Assembly (NCBI GenBank): GCA_965248925.1
Contig: CBDFLE010000006.1
Span: 128,001-192,000, forward strand
DNA from: Candidatus Multivoradales bacterium
GTDB lineage: Bacteria; Acidobacteriota; Thermoanaerobaculia; Multivoradales; J023
Direction: 5' to 3'
DNA length: 64,000 nucleotides
The position numbers and the translations under genes are program-made. The notes beneath the pieces were generated by a model that was not told the origin of the DNA, ran no database searches, and was given only the letters and a program-made list of their open reading frames with translations. Positions within the stretch are counted from its first letter, which is position 1. Each line of letters begins with the position of its first letter. Of the stretch, positions 9,502 through 17,900 are shown in pieces.

Positions 9502-10251
9502 ATGCGCGCGGTGATCCTGGCTGGTGGCCGAGGAACCCGACTGGCGCCCTACACCACGGTCATTCCGAAACCCCTGCTGCCGGTGGGGGAAACGCCGATC
9601 CTGGAAATCGTGCTGCGCCAACTGGCCGCCGCCGGTTTCGATCACATCACTCTCACCTTGGGATGGATGGCCGCCTACTTCCGCACTTTTATCGACCAAC
9701 GATCCGACCTGCGCCGGCTGGCTCGAATCGATTTCATCGAGGAGCTGCAACCCACTGGTACCGCCGGCAGCCTGGCCTCGGTCGAGGGGCTCAGAGACGG
9801 CCCTTTCCTGGTGATGAACGGGGACTTGCTGACCACTCTTGACTACGCGGCACTGATTGATTTCCACCTCCGTCGCCAGGCCGAGCTGACCATCGCCCTG
9901 CACCAGAAGCCGGTACCGATCGATCTCGGGGTGGTCGAGACCGCCAGCGACGGCGAGCGGGTCACCGGCTACGTCGAGAAGCCGACTTTGCGCTACACCG
10001 TCAGCATGGGGGTCTACATCTACAATCCCAGCGTGCTGGATGAGATTGTCCCCGGCCAGTACCTTGATTTTCCCAGTCTCGCGCTGCGCCTGATCGACCA
10101 GGGACGAGCCGTCTTCGGCTATCCCAACGACGCCTACTGGCTCGATCTCGGCCGCCCAGAGGATCTCGAACTGGCGCAGCAGATCTTCGCCGAGCGCGGC
10201 GATGAGTTCTTGCCCCCGAACACCGGACCGGCAGCGGAAGCAAGCAAGTGA
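9502..10251 (+). CDS. Sugar-phosphate nucleotidyltransferase
   Basis: ILAGGRGTRL..PKPL, GTAG, NGDLLT, EKP, WLDLG. Confidence 0.92.
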   Translation: MRAVILAGGRGTRLAPYTTVIPKPLLPVGETPILEIVLRQLAAAGFDHITLTLGWMAAYFRTFIDQRSDLRRLARIDFIEELQPTGTAGSLASVEGLRDGPFLVMNGDLLTTLDYAALIDFHLRRQAELTIALHQKPVPIDLGVVETASDGERVTGYVEKPTLRYTVSMGVYIYNPSVLDEIVPGQYLDFPSLALRLIDQGRAVFGYPNDAYWLDLGRPEDLELAQQIFAERGDEFLPPNTGPAAEASK

Positions 10252-11168
10252 GCCGGGTCCTGGTTCTGGCGGCGAATTCATTCGTCGGCCGTTGGCTGGT
10301 GCGCGAACTCGGCGCGCGCGGCCATCAGCTGATTACCGCCGCGCGCTCCGACGACGCTGATCTGCGTTGTGACTTGGGCCGCGCTGAAGAAGTCATGGCA
10401 GCGGTCAGCAGCAGCCACCCCGAGTGCATTGTCAACTGCGCTGGCGCCACCACTCGGCGCGATCCTGAAACCCTCTACAACGTCCATCTGGGCGGTGCTC
10501 ACCGGCTGCTCGAAGCGGTGCGTGAAGCGGCGCCGGCAGCATTGACGATTTTTCTCGGCAGCGCCGCTGAGTATGGTCCGGTGTCAGCCGAGGAGCTGCC
10601 GATCTCGGAGCAGCTGGAGGCGCGGCCGGCAGGGTTCTTCGGCGCCAGCAAGCTAGCCCAAACCCAACTCGCCCAAGCCGCCGCCGTGGAGTGGGGCCTC
10701 TCGAGCCTGGTACTGCGGCCGTTCAACATTCTGGGTCCAGGAACGCCCGCGCACTACCTCCCAGGCGCCCTGGCAAGCCGTTTGCGTCGGCGCCTGGCCG
10801 AAGGCCGTCTCAAGGCTCCGCTAGCGCTGGTCAACGGCGCCGCCAGCCGCGATTTTATCGATGTTCGAGATGTTGCCAACGCCACCGCCGACCTGCTTGA
10901 GCACCACCTGCCCAAGGCTGCCCCGCAGTGCGAGATCTACAACATCGCCAGCGGTAGTGAGACCACCGTGCTCGACCTCGCCCAAGGTCTCAGCTCCCTG
11001 GCCATCCCCGGCCTGCGAGTCGTCGACGCGGGCGTCGCAGAGGGGCGCAGCAGCGTCTTCCGCAGCCGGGCGCGGATCGGCAAGCTGAGCCAAGCCACTG
11101 GCTGGCGAGCGCAACTCACCCTCGATACTAGCCTACGCGATCTGTGGTGTTCGAGCGCTGCGCTGTAG
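10248..11168 (+). CDS. Extended SDR, Rmd-like nucleotide-sugar reductase homolog with altered catalytic motifs
   Basis: GSAAEYG, RPFNILGPG, RDFIDVRDVA, YNIASG; but AANSFVG and FGASK. Confidence 0.8.
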   Translation: MSRVLVLAANSFVGRWLVRELGARGHQLITAARSDDADLRCDLGRAEEVMAAVSSSHPECIVNCAGATTRRDPETLYNVHLGGAHRLLEAVREAAPAALTIFLGSAAEYGPVSAEELPISEQLEARPAGFFGASKLAQTQLAQAAAVEWGLSSLVLRPFNILGPGTPAHYLPGALASRLRRRLAEGRLKAPLALVNGAASRDFIDVRDVANATADLLEHHLPKAAPQCEIYNIASGSETTVLDLAQGLSSLAIPGLRVVDAGVAEGRSSVFRSRARIGKLSQATGWRAQLTLDTSLRDLWCSSAAL

Positions 11169-11221
11169 AGGCAGCACCGCTTTCAGGGAGCAGCCGTCAA
11201 GGTGCTAAGCTGTCGTTCTCC

Positions 11222-11584
11222 ATGTCTACTTTACCCTTCGAAACCTTCTGGGCTTGGTTACAGCTGCATTCGAACTGCATCGTGCGGGTCGCCACCGCCG
11301 ACGCGGTGCTCCACGACGACGATGATCTGCATTGGTATGCCGGCCCCAACGGCGAGGAGTTGGTATTGCAGCTGATCCGCGGCAAGCGTCTGGTGGGTGA
11401 GCTGCTGATCGACGCCGAACGGGTCAGCTACGTCCAGATACTCGGCGAGGAGCACGAGGGCGAGCACCTCTTCGAGGCCATCTTCGAAACTCCCACTGAG
11501 CGTCTGGCCAGCTATTCCTTTGTGCTTGCCCACGGCTTCGACGACGAGCCTGACTCCACCACCCACAATTTGGCGGTGCACTGA
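11222..11584 (+). CDS. Conserved-looking acidic hypothetical protein
   Basis: 120-aa ORF (FETFWAWLQLHSNCIVRV...FVLAHGF) with normal codon style. Confidence 0.65.
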   Translation: MSTLPFETFWAWLQLHSNCIVRVATADAVLHDDDDLHWYAGPNGEELVLQLIRGKRLVGELLIDAERVSYVQILGEEHEGEHLFEAIFETPTERLASYSFVLAHGFDDEPDSTTHNLAVH

Positions 11585-11663
11585 GCCGCATGAATTGTGA
11601 CTCAGGGCACCTCTCTGGCACCGTCTTGGTGAGATCGACGACGTAGTGCGGCCAGTCCCTCTC

Positions 11664-11957
11664 TCAGCTCGCTCTCGGGGCTGGGCTCAGTAGGCCGCTG
11701 GCGACCGACTGGCGAAGTTGCTCGAGAAATGCCGCCTCGTCGTGAATCGCCCGGTCGATCTCCGACCGATGGTCGTAGTAGTAGCTCAACGCGGCGTAGA
11801 CGTCGGCCAAGCGCAAGTCCCGGTCGGCGGCGATTTGCGGTGCGCTCTCGCCGTCCCGGCGGTGAGCAACGGCGATATCTTGCACCGTGACCCGCCGGCC
11901 AACGATGTGCGGCTTGCCCTCGGCAACCTGGGGAGTCGTCGTTATATGTTCACTCAT
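11664..11957 (-). CDS. DUF433 (VapB45-like antitoxin) protein
   Basis: ITTTPQVAEGKPHIVGRRVTV...ADVYAALSYYYDH. Confidence 0.88.
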   Translation of the reverse strand: MSEHITTTPQVAEGKPHIVGRRVTVQDIAVAHRRDGESAPQIAADRDLRLADVYAALSYYYDHRSEIDRAIHDEAAFLEQLRQSVASGLLSPAPRAS

Positions 11958-12223
11958 GGCCGTTGATAAATCCAAAACCTGGGCATCGAAGAGTCCCATT
12001 GTACCGCTGAAGACAGTCGCCGGGGCCTGATGTTGGAAATCTGGCACTTTCTCTTCTACCTAGTTGATTCCACGGCGCTCTTTTCTGCATCAAGGCAAAG
12101 CTATTATATCTTATTCTGAATATCTCTATTCTAGGAGCCTACGGACTCGTAGAAATCTCTCGCCGATACAATTTCGCCGACTCCCCTACCCAGAGATGGC
12201 CAGCCGAGCGCACTCCAGCGCAA

Positions 12224-13219
12224 CTAACGGAAGGAGGGTTCGATGTCTTGGGGCCGATTGTCGAGCACCTGCTCGATGCGCTCCAGCACCGCCGGCCCGA
12301 GCTGCTCGGCAACCGCCAAGGCGGCCATGTTCTCGCGCACCTGCTCGGGACTCGAAGCGCCGGTAATCACTGTCGATACCCGTGGGTTCTTCAAACACCA
12401 GGCAATCGCCAGTTGCGCTCGGGTGCAGTCGAGTTCTTCGGCGATGGGCTGCAAGGCGCGCACTTTCGCTGCCACCTCGCGCCACCAATCGCCGTGGTAT
12501 CGGTCTTTCAGGAAGTCGTATCCGGCGAGCGCCAGACGAGAACCCTCGGGGATGCCATCGTCGTACTTGCCGGTCAAGAAACCGCTGGCCAGGGGGCTCC
12601 AGATAGTGGTGCCTAGCCCGATCAGACTGTAGAGGCGGTGGTACTCCTTCTCCACTCGTTCGCGGTGCAGCATGTTGTACTGCGGCTGCTCCATCTGTGG
12701 CGGAATCAGTCGCTCACGCCGGGCGACGGCCCAGGCCTCCATAATCTGCTGCGCACTCCATTCGCTGGTACCCCAGTAGAACGCCTTGCCCTGATCGATG
12801 ACCTGGTTCATCGCTCGCACGGTCTCTTCGATTGGCGTTTGCGGATCCGGGCGGTGGCAGAACAGCAAGTCGACATAGGACATGCCGAGCCGTTCGAGGG
12901 AGGCATCGACCCCTTCGCGGATGTGCTTGCGCGTAAGACCGATGTCGTTCGGTCCCTCGCCGCCCCAAAAGATCTTGGTCGACACCACCAGGTTGGACCG
13001 CTTCCAACCCGCCCGGCGGAAGGCCTCGCCCATGATCTCTTCCGACCGGCCATTGGCGTAGACCTCGGCATTGTCAAAGAAGTTGACCCCAGCTTCGTAG
13101 GCCACGCGCATCGACTCCAAAGCCATATCCACATCGACCTGCTGGCCGAAGGTCACCCACGAGCCGAACGACAGGGCCGAGACCCGCAGGCCGGCTGCTC
13201 CCAAGTAGCGATACTCCAT
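12224..13219 (-). CDS. Aldo/keto reductase (Kv-beta-like)
   Basis: [42 protein letters not shown]; AAGGAG RBS. Confidence 0.92.
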   Translation of the reverse strand: MEYRYLGAAGLRVSALSFGSWVTFGQQVDVDMALESMRVAYEAGVNFFDNAEVYANGRSEEIMGEAFRRAGWKRSNLVVSTKIFWGGEGPNDIGLTRKHIREGVDASLERLGMSYVDLLFCHRPDPQTPIEETVRAMNQVIDQGKAFYWGTSEWSAQQIMEAWAVARRERLIPPQMEQPQYNMLHRERVEKEYHRLYSLIGLGTTIWSPLASGFLTGKYDDGIPEGSRLALAGYDFLKDRYHGDWWREVAAKVRALQPIAEELDCTRAQLAIAWCLKNPRVSTVITGASSPEQVRENMAALAVAEQLGPAVLERIEQVLDNRPQDIEPSFR

Positions 13220-13293
13220 CAATAGCTCCTTTTTCGAATCAAGAAGAGAACGCGCGGCGGGCATGGGCATGGTAGCGGCCCGACAGCGAGCCT

Positions 13294-14106
13294 TCAATGG
13301 GCAGCTTCAGCGAGCACGTGGAAAGCCACCATCCGAGCTGGCGGAGGCACCGCGCTTTGCGCAGCGAGAACCTGCTCGAGATCCCGAGGATCGTCCCGGC
13401 GGCGAGGCAGCAAGCGCACTCGGTATCCATGGTCGCTCAGCCAAGTCACCACTTGCACCGGCGAGGTCTCTACCTGGCGGCACCAATGTAGCTCGATCAC
13501 CAGCCTTGGCGAGAAGCGCCGCAAGGCTTCTGCCCCGCCCCGCAGCAGTGCCAGCTCATGGCCTTCGACATCGATCTTGATCAGATCGATCTGGCGCACC
13601 GCCCGGTTCTCTTCGAGCCAGTCATCGAGTCGCATTAGCGGTACCGACCCAGGTTCGGCATCGACAGTGGCAACCTCGGAGGAAACCTGGGCCATCGAGT
13701 CGTTGCCGGCGGCGGCGAGCAGGGCTCGGCCGCTGGTCTCGCCCAGGGCGCGGGCCACTAAGTGGACATTGCTGAGCTGATTGCGGCGCAGCGTTCGCGC
13801 CAAGCGGACGGCATTCTCAGGCAGCGGTTCGAAGGCGTAAACCCGGCCGGTGGAGGCTACCAGGCGGGCCGCCACCAGGGCGAAGTAGCCCAAATGGCTG
13901 CCCACATCGAGCACCAACCCGCCAGGCCGCAGGTAACGCTTTAGACAAGCCACCACATGCGGCTCGTGCCAGCCAAGACAGTACCCTGGACGGCGGCGCA
14001 ATGGGACCACCACGCGTAGGCCCCGTGCCGGACCGACTCGCACCTTCCAGGGCCAGGCGCCGAGACAGTCGCTCGCCGACAACAGGGCATGGCGCCACGG
14101 CGTCAA
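13294..14106 (-). CDS. FkbM family methyltransferase
   Basis: [25 protein letters not shown]. Confidence 0.88.
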   Translation of the reverse strand: MTPWRHALLSASDCLGAWPWKVRVGPARGLRVVVPLRRRPGYCLGWHEPHVVACLKRYLRPGGLVLDVGSHLGYFALVAARLVASTGRVYAFEPLPENAVRLARTLRRNQLSNVHLVARALGETSGRALLAAAGNDSMAQVSSEVATVDAEPGSVPLMRLDDWLEENRAVRQIDLIKIDVEGHELALLRGGAEALRRFSPRLVIELHWCRQVETSPVQVVTWLSDHGYRVRLLPRRRDDPRDLEQVLAAQSAVPPPARMVAFHVLAEAAH

Positions 14107-14118
14107 CGAGCAATCACC

Positions 14119-16122
14119 TCAGCGGCCGGACGCCGCGGGCTCTCCGGCGGACGCGGCGGCGCCTGGGGCACCTTGCAGCAGCACCTGCTCCAAGAACAGG
14201 GCCACCGCGCTGTTGTAGAAATCTCGGTTGGACTTTTTGCGAAAGCCATGCCCTTCGTCCTTAGCCAGCATGTACCAAGGACTACCGCCGTTCTTCTTCA
14301 CCACGTCGAAGATCTGCTCGGCTTCGCTAGCCGGTACCCGCGGGTCGTTGAGCCCCTGCGCGATGAACAACGGCCGGGTGATCTTGCGGGCATTGGTGGT
14401 CGGCGAGATCTTCAGTAGATGGCGGCGCATCTCGGCATCGCGCTCGTCGCCATATTCGACCCGTCGCAGGTCGCGGCGATAGCCTTTGGTGTTTTCCAAG
14501 AAGGTGACGAAATTGCTGATCCCAACTACGTCGATACCACCCCGCAAGCGGTCGTTGTAGTGGGTCATCGAAGCCAGCACCATGTAGCCGCCGTAGGAGC
14601 CACCCATCACCACCACCCGCGAGGCGTCAAGCTCCGGCCGGACCTCGATCCAATCGAGCAACTTGCCGATGTCTTGCACCGAGTCTTCGCGCAGAAAACC
14701 GTTGTCGAGCTTGAGATAGGTCTTGCCATAGCCACTCGAACCGCGCACGTTGGGAGCCAACACGGCGACGCCGAGTTCTTCGACCATGAATTGGTAGTTG
14801 GGGTTGAAAGTCGGCCGGAACTGGCCTTCGGGGCCACCATGGATGTTGATCACCACCGGAAATTTGCCGCTACCCCGTGGCCGATAGTAGAAGGCCGGGA
14901 TCTGGCGCGCCTCGCCGTCGACTTCATCGAAGGTGTCGTAATGCACTAAATCGGGCAGCACGAAGCTGTTGGAGTCAAGTCCACCCACCTCACTGTAGGT
15001 CCAACGCTCCACTTCGGCGTTGGCCAGATCCACCACGTAGGCGTCTCCGGGGGTCTGGGATGACACCAAGGTCAGGCCGAGACGCCGCGAATCGGGACTG
15101 AAGCCAATGCCAAAAACCTGGCCCGGGGGCAGCTGCGGCAACTTGGCGGGCCGCCGTGACGGCAATTGCCAAAGATGCAGCTTGGAAACGCCGTCTTGAT
15201 TGACTGTAAAGGCCATGTGCTTACCATCCGGCGCCACCACCACACTGCCCACATTCCAAGGAATATGGGCGGTCAACACCTCCTCCTCGCCACTGCTCAA
15301 ATCGCGGTAGCGCAAGTGAAGAAACTCACTGCCCTCGTCAGAGGCAAAGTACATCCCTTTGCCGTCCGGCGCCCAGTCGGCGGCCGAGTAGGCCACTTGT
15401 TCCGAGGTCCGGTGGAGCGCTTCGAGTTCGCCGCTCTCGAGGTCGAGAATGAAGGGATAGGACTCGTTGGCCGACACGTACTGAGCCACCAAAACCCGGC
15501 GATCATCGGGCGACCAAGAGCCGGGAAACCAGGCGCCGGCTGCCTCCAAGACGGGCTGTGACTCACCCTCGGCTGCGAGGTCCAGCAGGTGAATGTCCCA
15601 GCTCTTGCCATTGCGGCGATTGGTGACATAAACCATGCGGTCGCCTGCTCGCGACAGCGAAGGGGCGGAATTGCGCGAAGTACCGTCGGTCAACAGCTTG
15701 GCAACGCCACTTGCCAGATCGAAGCGGTAGAGCTGAAAATTCTCCGAACCACCCACATCGCGCCCCACCACCGCGCTATTGAGCTTCTCGTGCTGGCTGA
15801 CCGCCACCCCCGACACCGGTTCGTCAAAGAAGGTCAGTTGCTGGCGGGCGCCGCCGGGCCGCTTGACCCAATGCAACTGATTGGTCTCGCCAAAGCGCGT
15901 TGAAATCAGGATTCCTTCACCCGAGGGATGCCACCCCTGGAGCGAAGCCGAGCGGGTATTCTGGTACTGGTGAAGACGCCTGGAGATCCGCTCCGGGATC
16001 TCCGGCATGCCCTTGAGCACCAGGTTGCCAATCTCACGGCGGTCGGCCTGCAAGGGGTGGGTAGCCATCAGCGAAAGTCCAGTCAGCAACACGGCGGAAG
16101 CAGTAAACGGCAGCTTGAACAA
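14119..16122 (-). CDS. Secreted S9 family peptidase
   Basis: TTG start after AAGGAG; signal peptide; IHGGPE, PNVRGSSGYG, GGSYGG, DPRVP, DEGHGF. Confidence 0.9.
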   Translation of the reverse strand: MFKLPFTASAVLLTGLSLMATHPLQADRREIGNLVLKGMPEIPERISRRLHQYQNTRSASLQGWHPSGEGILISTRFGETNQLHWVKRPGGARQQLTFFDEPVSGVAVSQHEKLNSAVVGRDVGGSENFQLYRFDLASGVAKLLTDGTSRNSAPSLSRAGDRMVYVTNRRNGKSWDIHLLDLAAEGESQPVLEAAGAWFPGSWSPDDRRVLVAQYVSANESYPFILDLESGELEALHRTSEQVAYSAADWAPDGKGMYFASDEGSEFLHLRYRDLSSGEEEVLTAHIPWNVGSVVVAPDGKHMAFTVNQDGVSKLHLWQLPSRRPAKLPQLPPGQVFGIGFSPDSRRLGLTLVSSQTPGDAYVVDLANAEVERWTYSEVGGLDSNSFVLPDLVHYDTFDEVDGEARQIPAFYYRPRGSGKFPVVINIHGGPEGQFRPTFNPNYQFMVEELGVAVLAPNVRGSSGYGKTYLKLDNGFLREDSVQDIGKLLDWIEVRPELDASRVVVMGGSYGGYMVLASMTHYNDRLRGGIDVVGISNFVTFLENTKGYRRDLRRVEYGDERDAEMRRHLLKISPTTNARKITRPLFIAQGLNDPRVPASEAEQIFDVVKKNGGSPWYMLAKDEGHGFRKKSNRDFYNSAVALFLEQVLLQGAPGAAASAGEPAASGR

Positions 16123-16410
16123 GGCGCTCTCCTTCAACGTGGGTCCTAGACCGGCGGTAGATCGCCGGCGGCGGCTTCGCGGGCCGAAATTGGTGAGTCG
16201 GAACTCAGCGCCTCTGCGAAAGCACCTGAATCCCAGAATCCAATACGTAGGAACGGCGCTCAAGTTCTGAAAATCCATCCGGGCACTCTGTCGACGGTGC
16301 TATACTCAGGTGATAATGTCCAAAATATCGTGCACCGGGCTGAAGTCTGAATCTCCTTCCCGCGCCTCACGGTTGGGTCTTGAAGTTCGCTGGTTTCTCG
16401 TGCGAGCGGT

Positions 16411-17610
16411 TTGACTATGATACCGAACATCTTCGATTCCCTACCCACTCTGTTGGTACAATTTTGTCTTTTCCTCGCGGGACTCGTCGTGGCCCTGATG
16501 GTGGTGTTACTCGCTGATATTAGCCAGCGGAGTCGACTGGGTTTGTGGGGCACGCTTCACCATTCTACAAACTGGTTCAAGAACCACCTCGTCGGCTTAA
16601 CTTCAATTCTGGTGCTGATAGTCACCGGATCTGACCTGGTGAGCAGCGTCCGAGCCGACACTCCGACCTCCTCCACACTCTACCTTGCTGGTGGCATGCT
16701 GCTGGCCGCCGTGCTCCTCCAGTATGGCAACGACTTGTTGCAGCGAATTACCAAGATTGGCCCGGTCGAGTTCTCCCCGCAGGAGTTGGTGGATCTCGAT
16801 CTACAGTTCGACGATATCAGCGACCTGCGGTTGCGAGTCATCGCGGACGGAACCCATCTGGCAAAATTCGAGATGAGCAGCGAAAATATGACCCGCTACC
16901 GCAAGTTTCAGCAACTGATCTGGTTCGCCGAATGGTCCGGGATGAAGCAAAGCGATTTGCCCAGGGGTCAGAACTTTCGAGACTCGCTAGCCAAGCTCTC
17001 GGCGGTCGCCATCCAGCTGGAAGAGTTCTCATTCGCGGTCGAATGTGGCGTGCTTCAGAAGAAGGTCGCGAACGATCGACTGGGGCAGAAGAAAGCGCTG
17101 AAGAAGGTGGGGACAGCATTCTTCGACTGGGCTTCCTCGAGCCAGGAAAGTACGGAAGTGGACAAAGCCACGATTCGTAGACTCTACGAGAATGGCAGAG
17201 AGGAATTCGAGGAACTCCGAAGGATGGACCCCGACGATTTCGAAACTCATTTCCTACTCGGCTATATCTACGACGAGATGGCCGAGTACGACCTCGCTAT
17301 CCAGAGCAATCGGGCTGCTCTGAACATTCGCTCAAGATCGGCGGCGACGAAATACAACCTGGCGATCTCTCAGCTCAAACAAGGTTGGCTGGACGATGCG
17401 CACGTCAGCCTAGGACGCATTTCCCCTGGCGACGCAGGGCTGAAAGGCCTGCTCAAGACATGGGAAAACGACCCGGAAGTATGGCAGTTGGATGCCAAAA
17501 TCTGGGGAGGAGACACCGACCTGATAGAGAGGTACGGGAAATGGAAGACCCACGCAAGGCGGCTTCTCACCGATCTGCAGCGGCCAACAAGCGCCAGTCG
17601 ATCAAGCTAA
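16411..17610 (+). CDS. Membrane protein with about 3 N-terminal TM helices, KIGPVEF motif and C-terminal TPR repeats
   Basis: Hydrophobic N-terminal segments; DPDDFETHFLLGYIYDEMAEYDLAIQSNRAAL...TKYNLAISQLKQG TPR pattern. Confidence 0.72.
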   Translation: MTMIPNIFDSLPTLLVQFCLFLAGLVVALMVVLLADISQRSRLGLWGTLHHSTNWFKNHLVGLTSILVLIVTGSDLVSSVRADTPTSSTLYLAGGMLLAAVLLQYGNDLLQRITKIGPVEFSPQELVDLDLQFDDISDLRLRVIADGTHLAKFEMSSENMTRYRKFQQLIWFAEWSGMKQSDLPRGQNFRDSLAKLSAVAIQLEEFSFAVECGVLQKKVANDRLGQKKALKKVGTAFFDWASSSQESTEVDKATIRRLYENGREEFEELRRMDPDDFETHFLLGYIYDEMAEYDLAIQSNRAALNIRSRSAATKYNLAISQLKQGWLDDAHVSLGRISPGDAGLKGLLKTWENDPEVWQLDAKIWGGDTDLIERYGKWKTHARRLLTDLQRPTSASRSS

Positions 17611-17706
17611 CAAAATAAAACAGCTGCAACACGCAACCGGCACCAAGGCGAGGAAGTCGACCACGAGGCGTGCACCCGATTTAGCGCGTCGTGGGGTGGT
17701 GCAGGT

Positions 17707-17757
17707 TCAAGCCGTCGGATCGACCGAAACCTCGAAGGCCTTCTTGTAGACTCGCAT
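17707..17757 (-). CDS. 16-aa small peptide MRVYKKAFEVSVDPTA
   Basis: AAAGGAG (17763-17769) 5 nt before the ATG; upstream extended -10; downstream hairpin and T-rich tract. Confidence 0.55.
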   Translation of the reverse strand: MRVYKKAFEVSVDPTA

Positions 17758-17797
17758 GGTATCTCCTTTCCGCCTAACGGGCGGGGTCCGTGCTCGG

Positions 17798-17826
17798 ATT
17801 TTAGCAGCTTTCCTCACTGCCGCAAA
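17798..17826 (-). promoter_or_regulatory. Putative sigma70 promoter of the small peptide gene
   Basis: Minus strand TTTGCG-N17-TAAAAT with extended -10 TGcTAAAAT. Confidence 0.45.
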
Positions 17827-17900
17827 ATCAAACCACACTCCTACCCAATACAACCCACGATCCAAGCGTATAATTCCCGATGAGCGCCCCGAAGCCCCCC

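Noticed and set aside
17869-17874. Plus-strand TATAAT as a gene promoter
   Set aside because: No -35 match, and it points only into the antisense strand of the helicase 3' end
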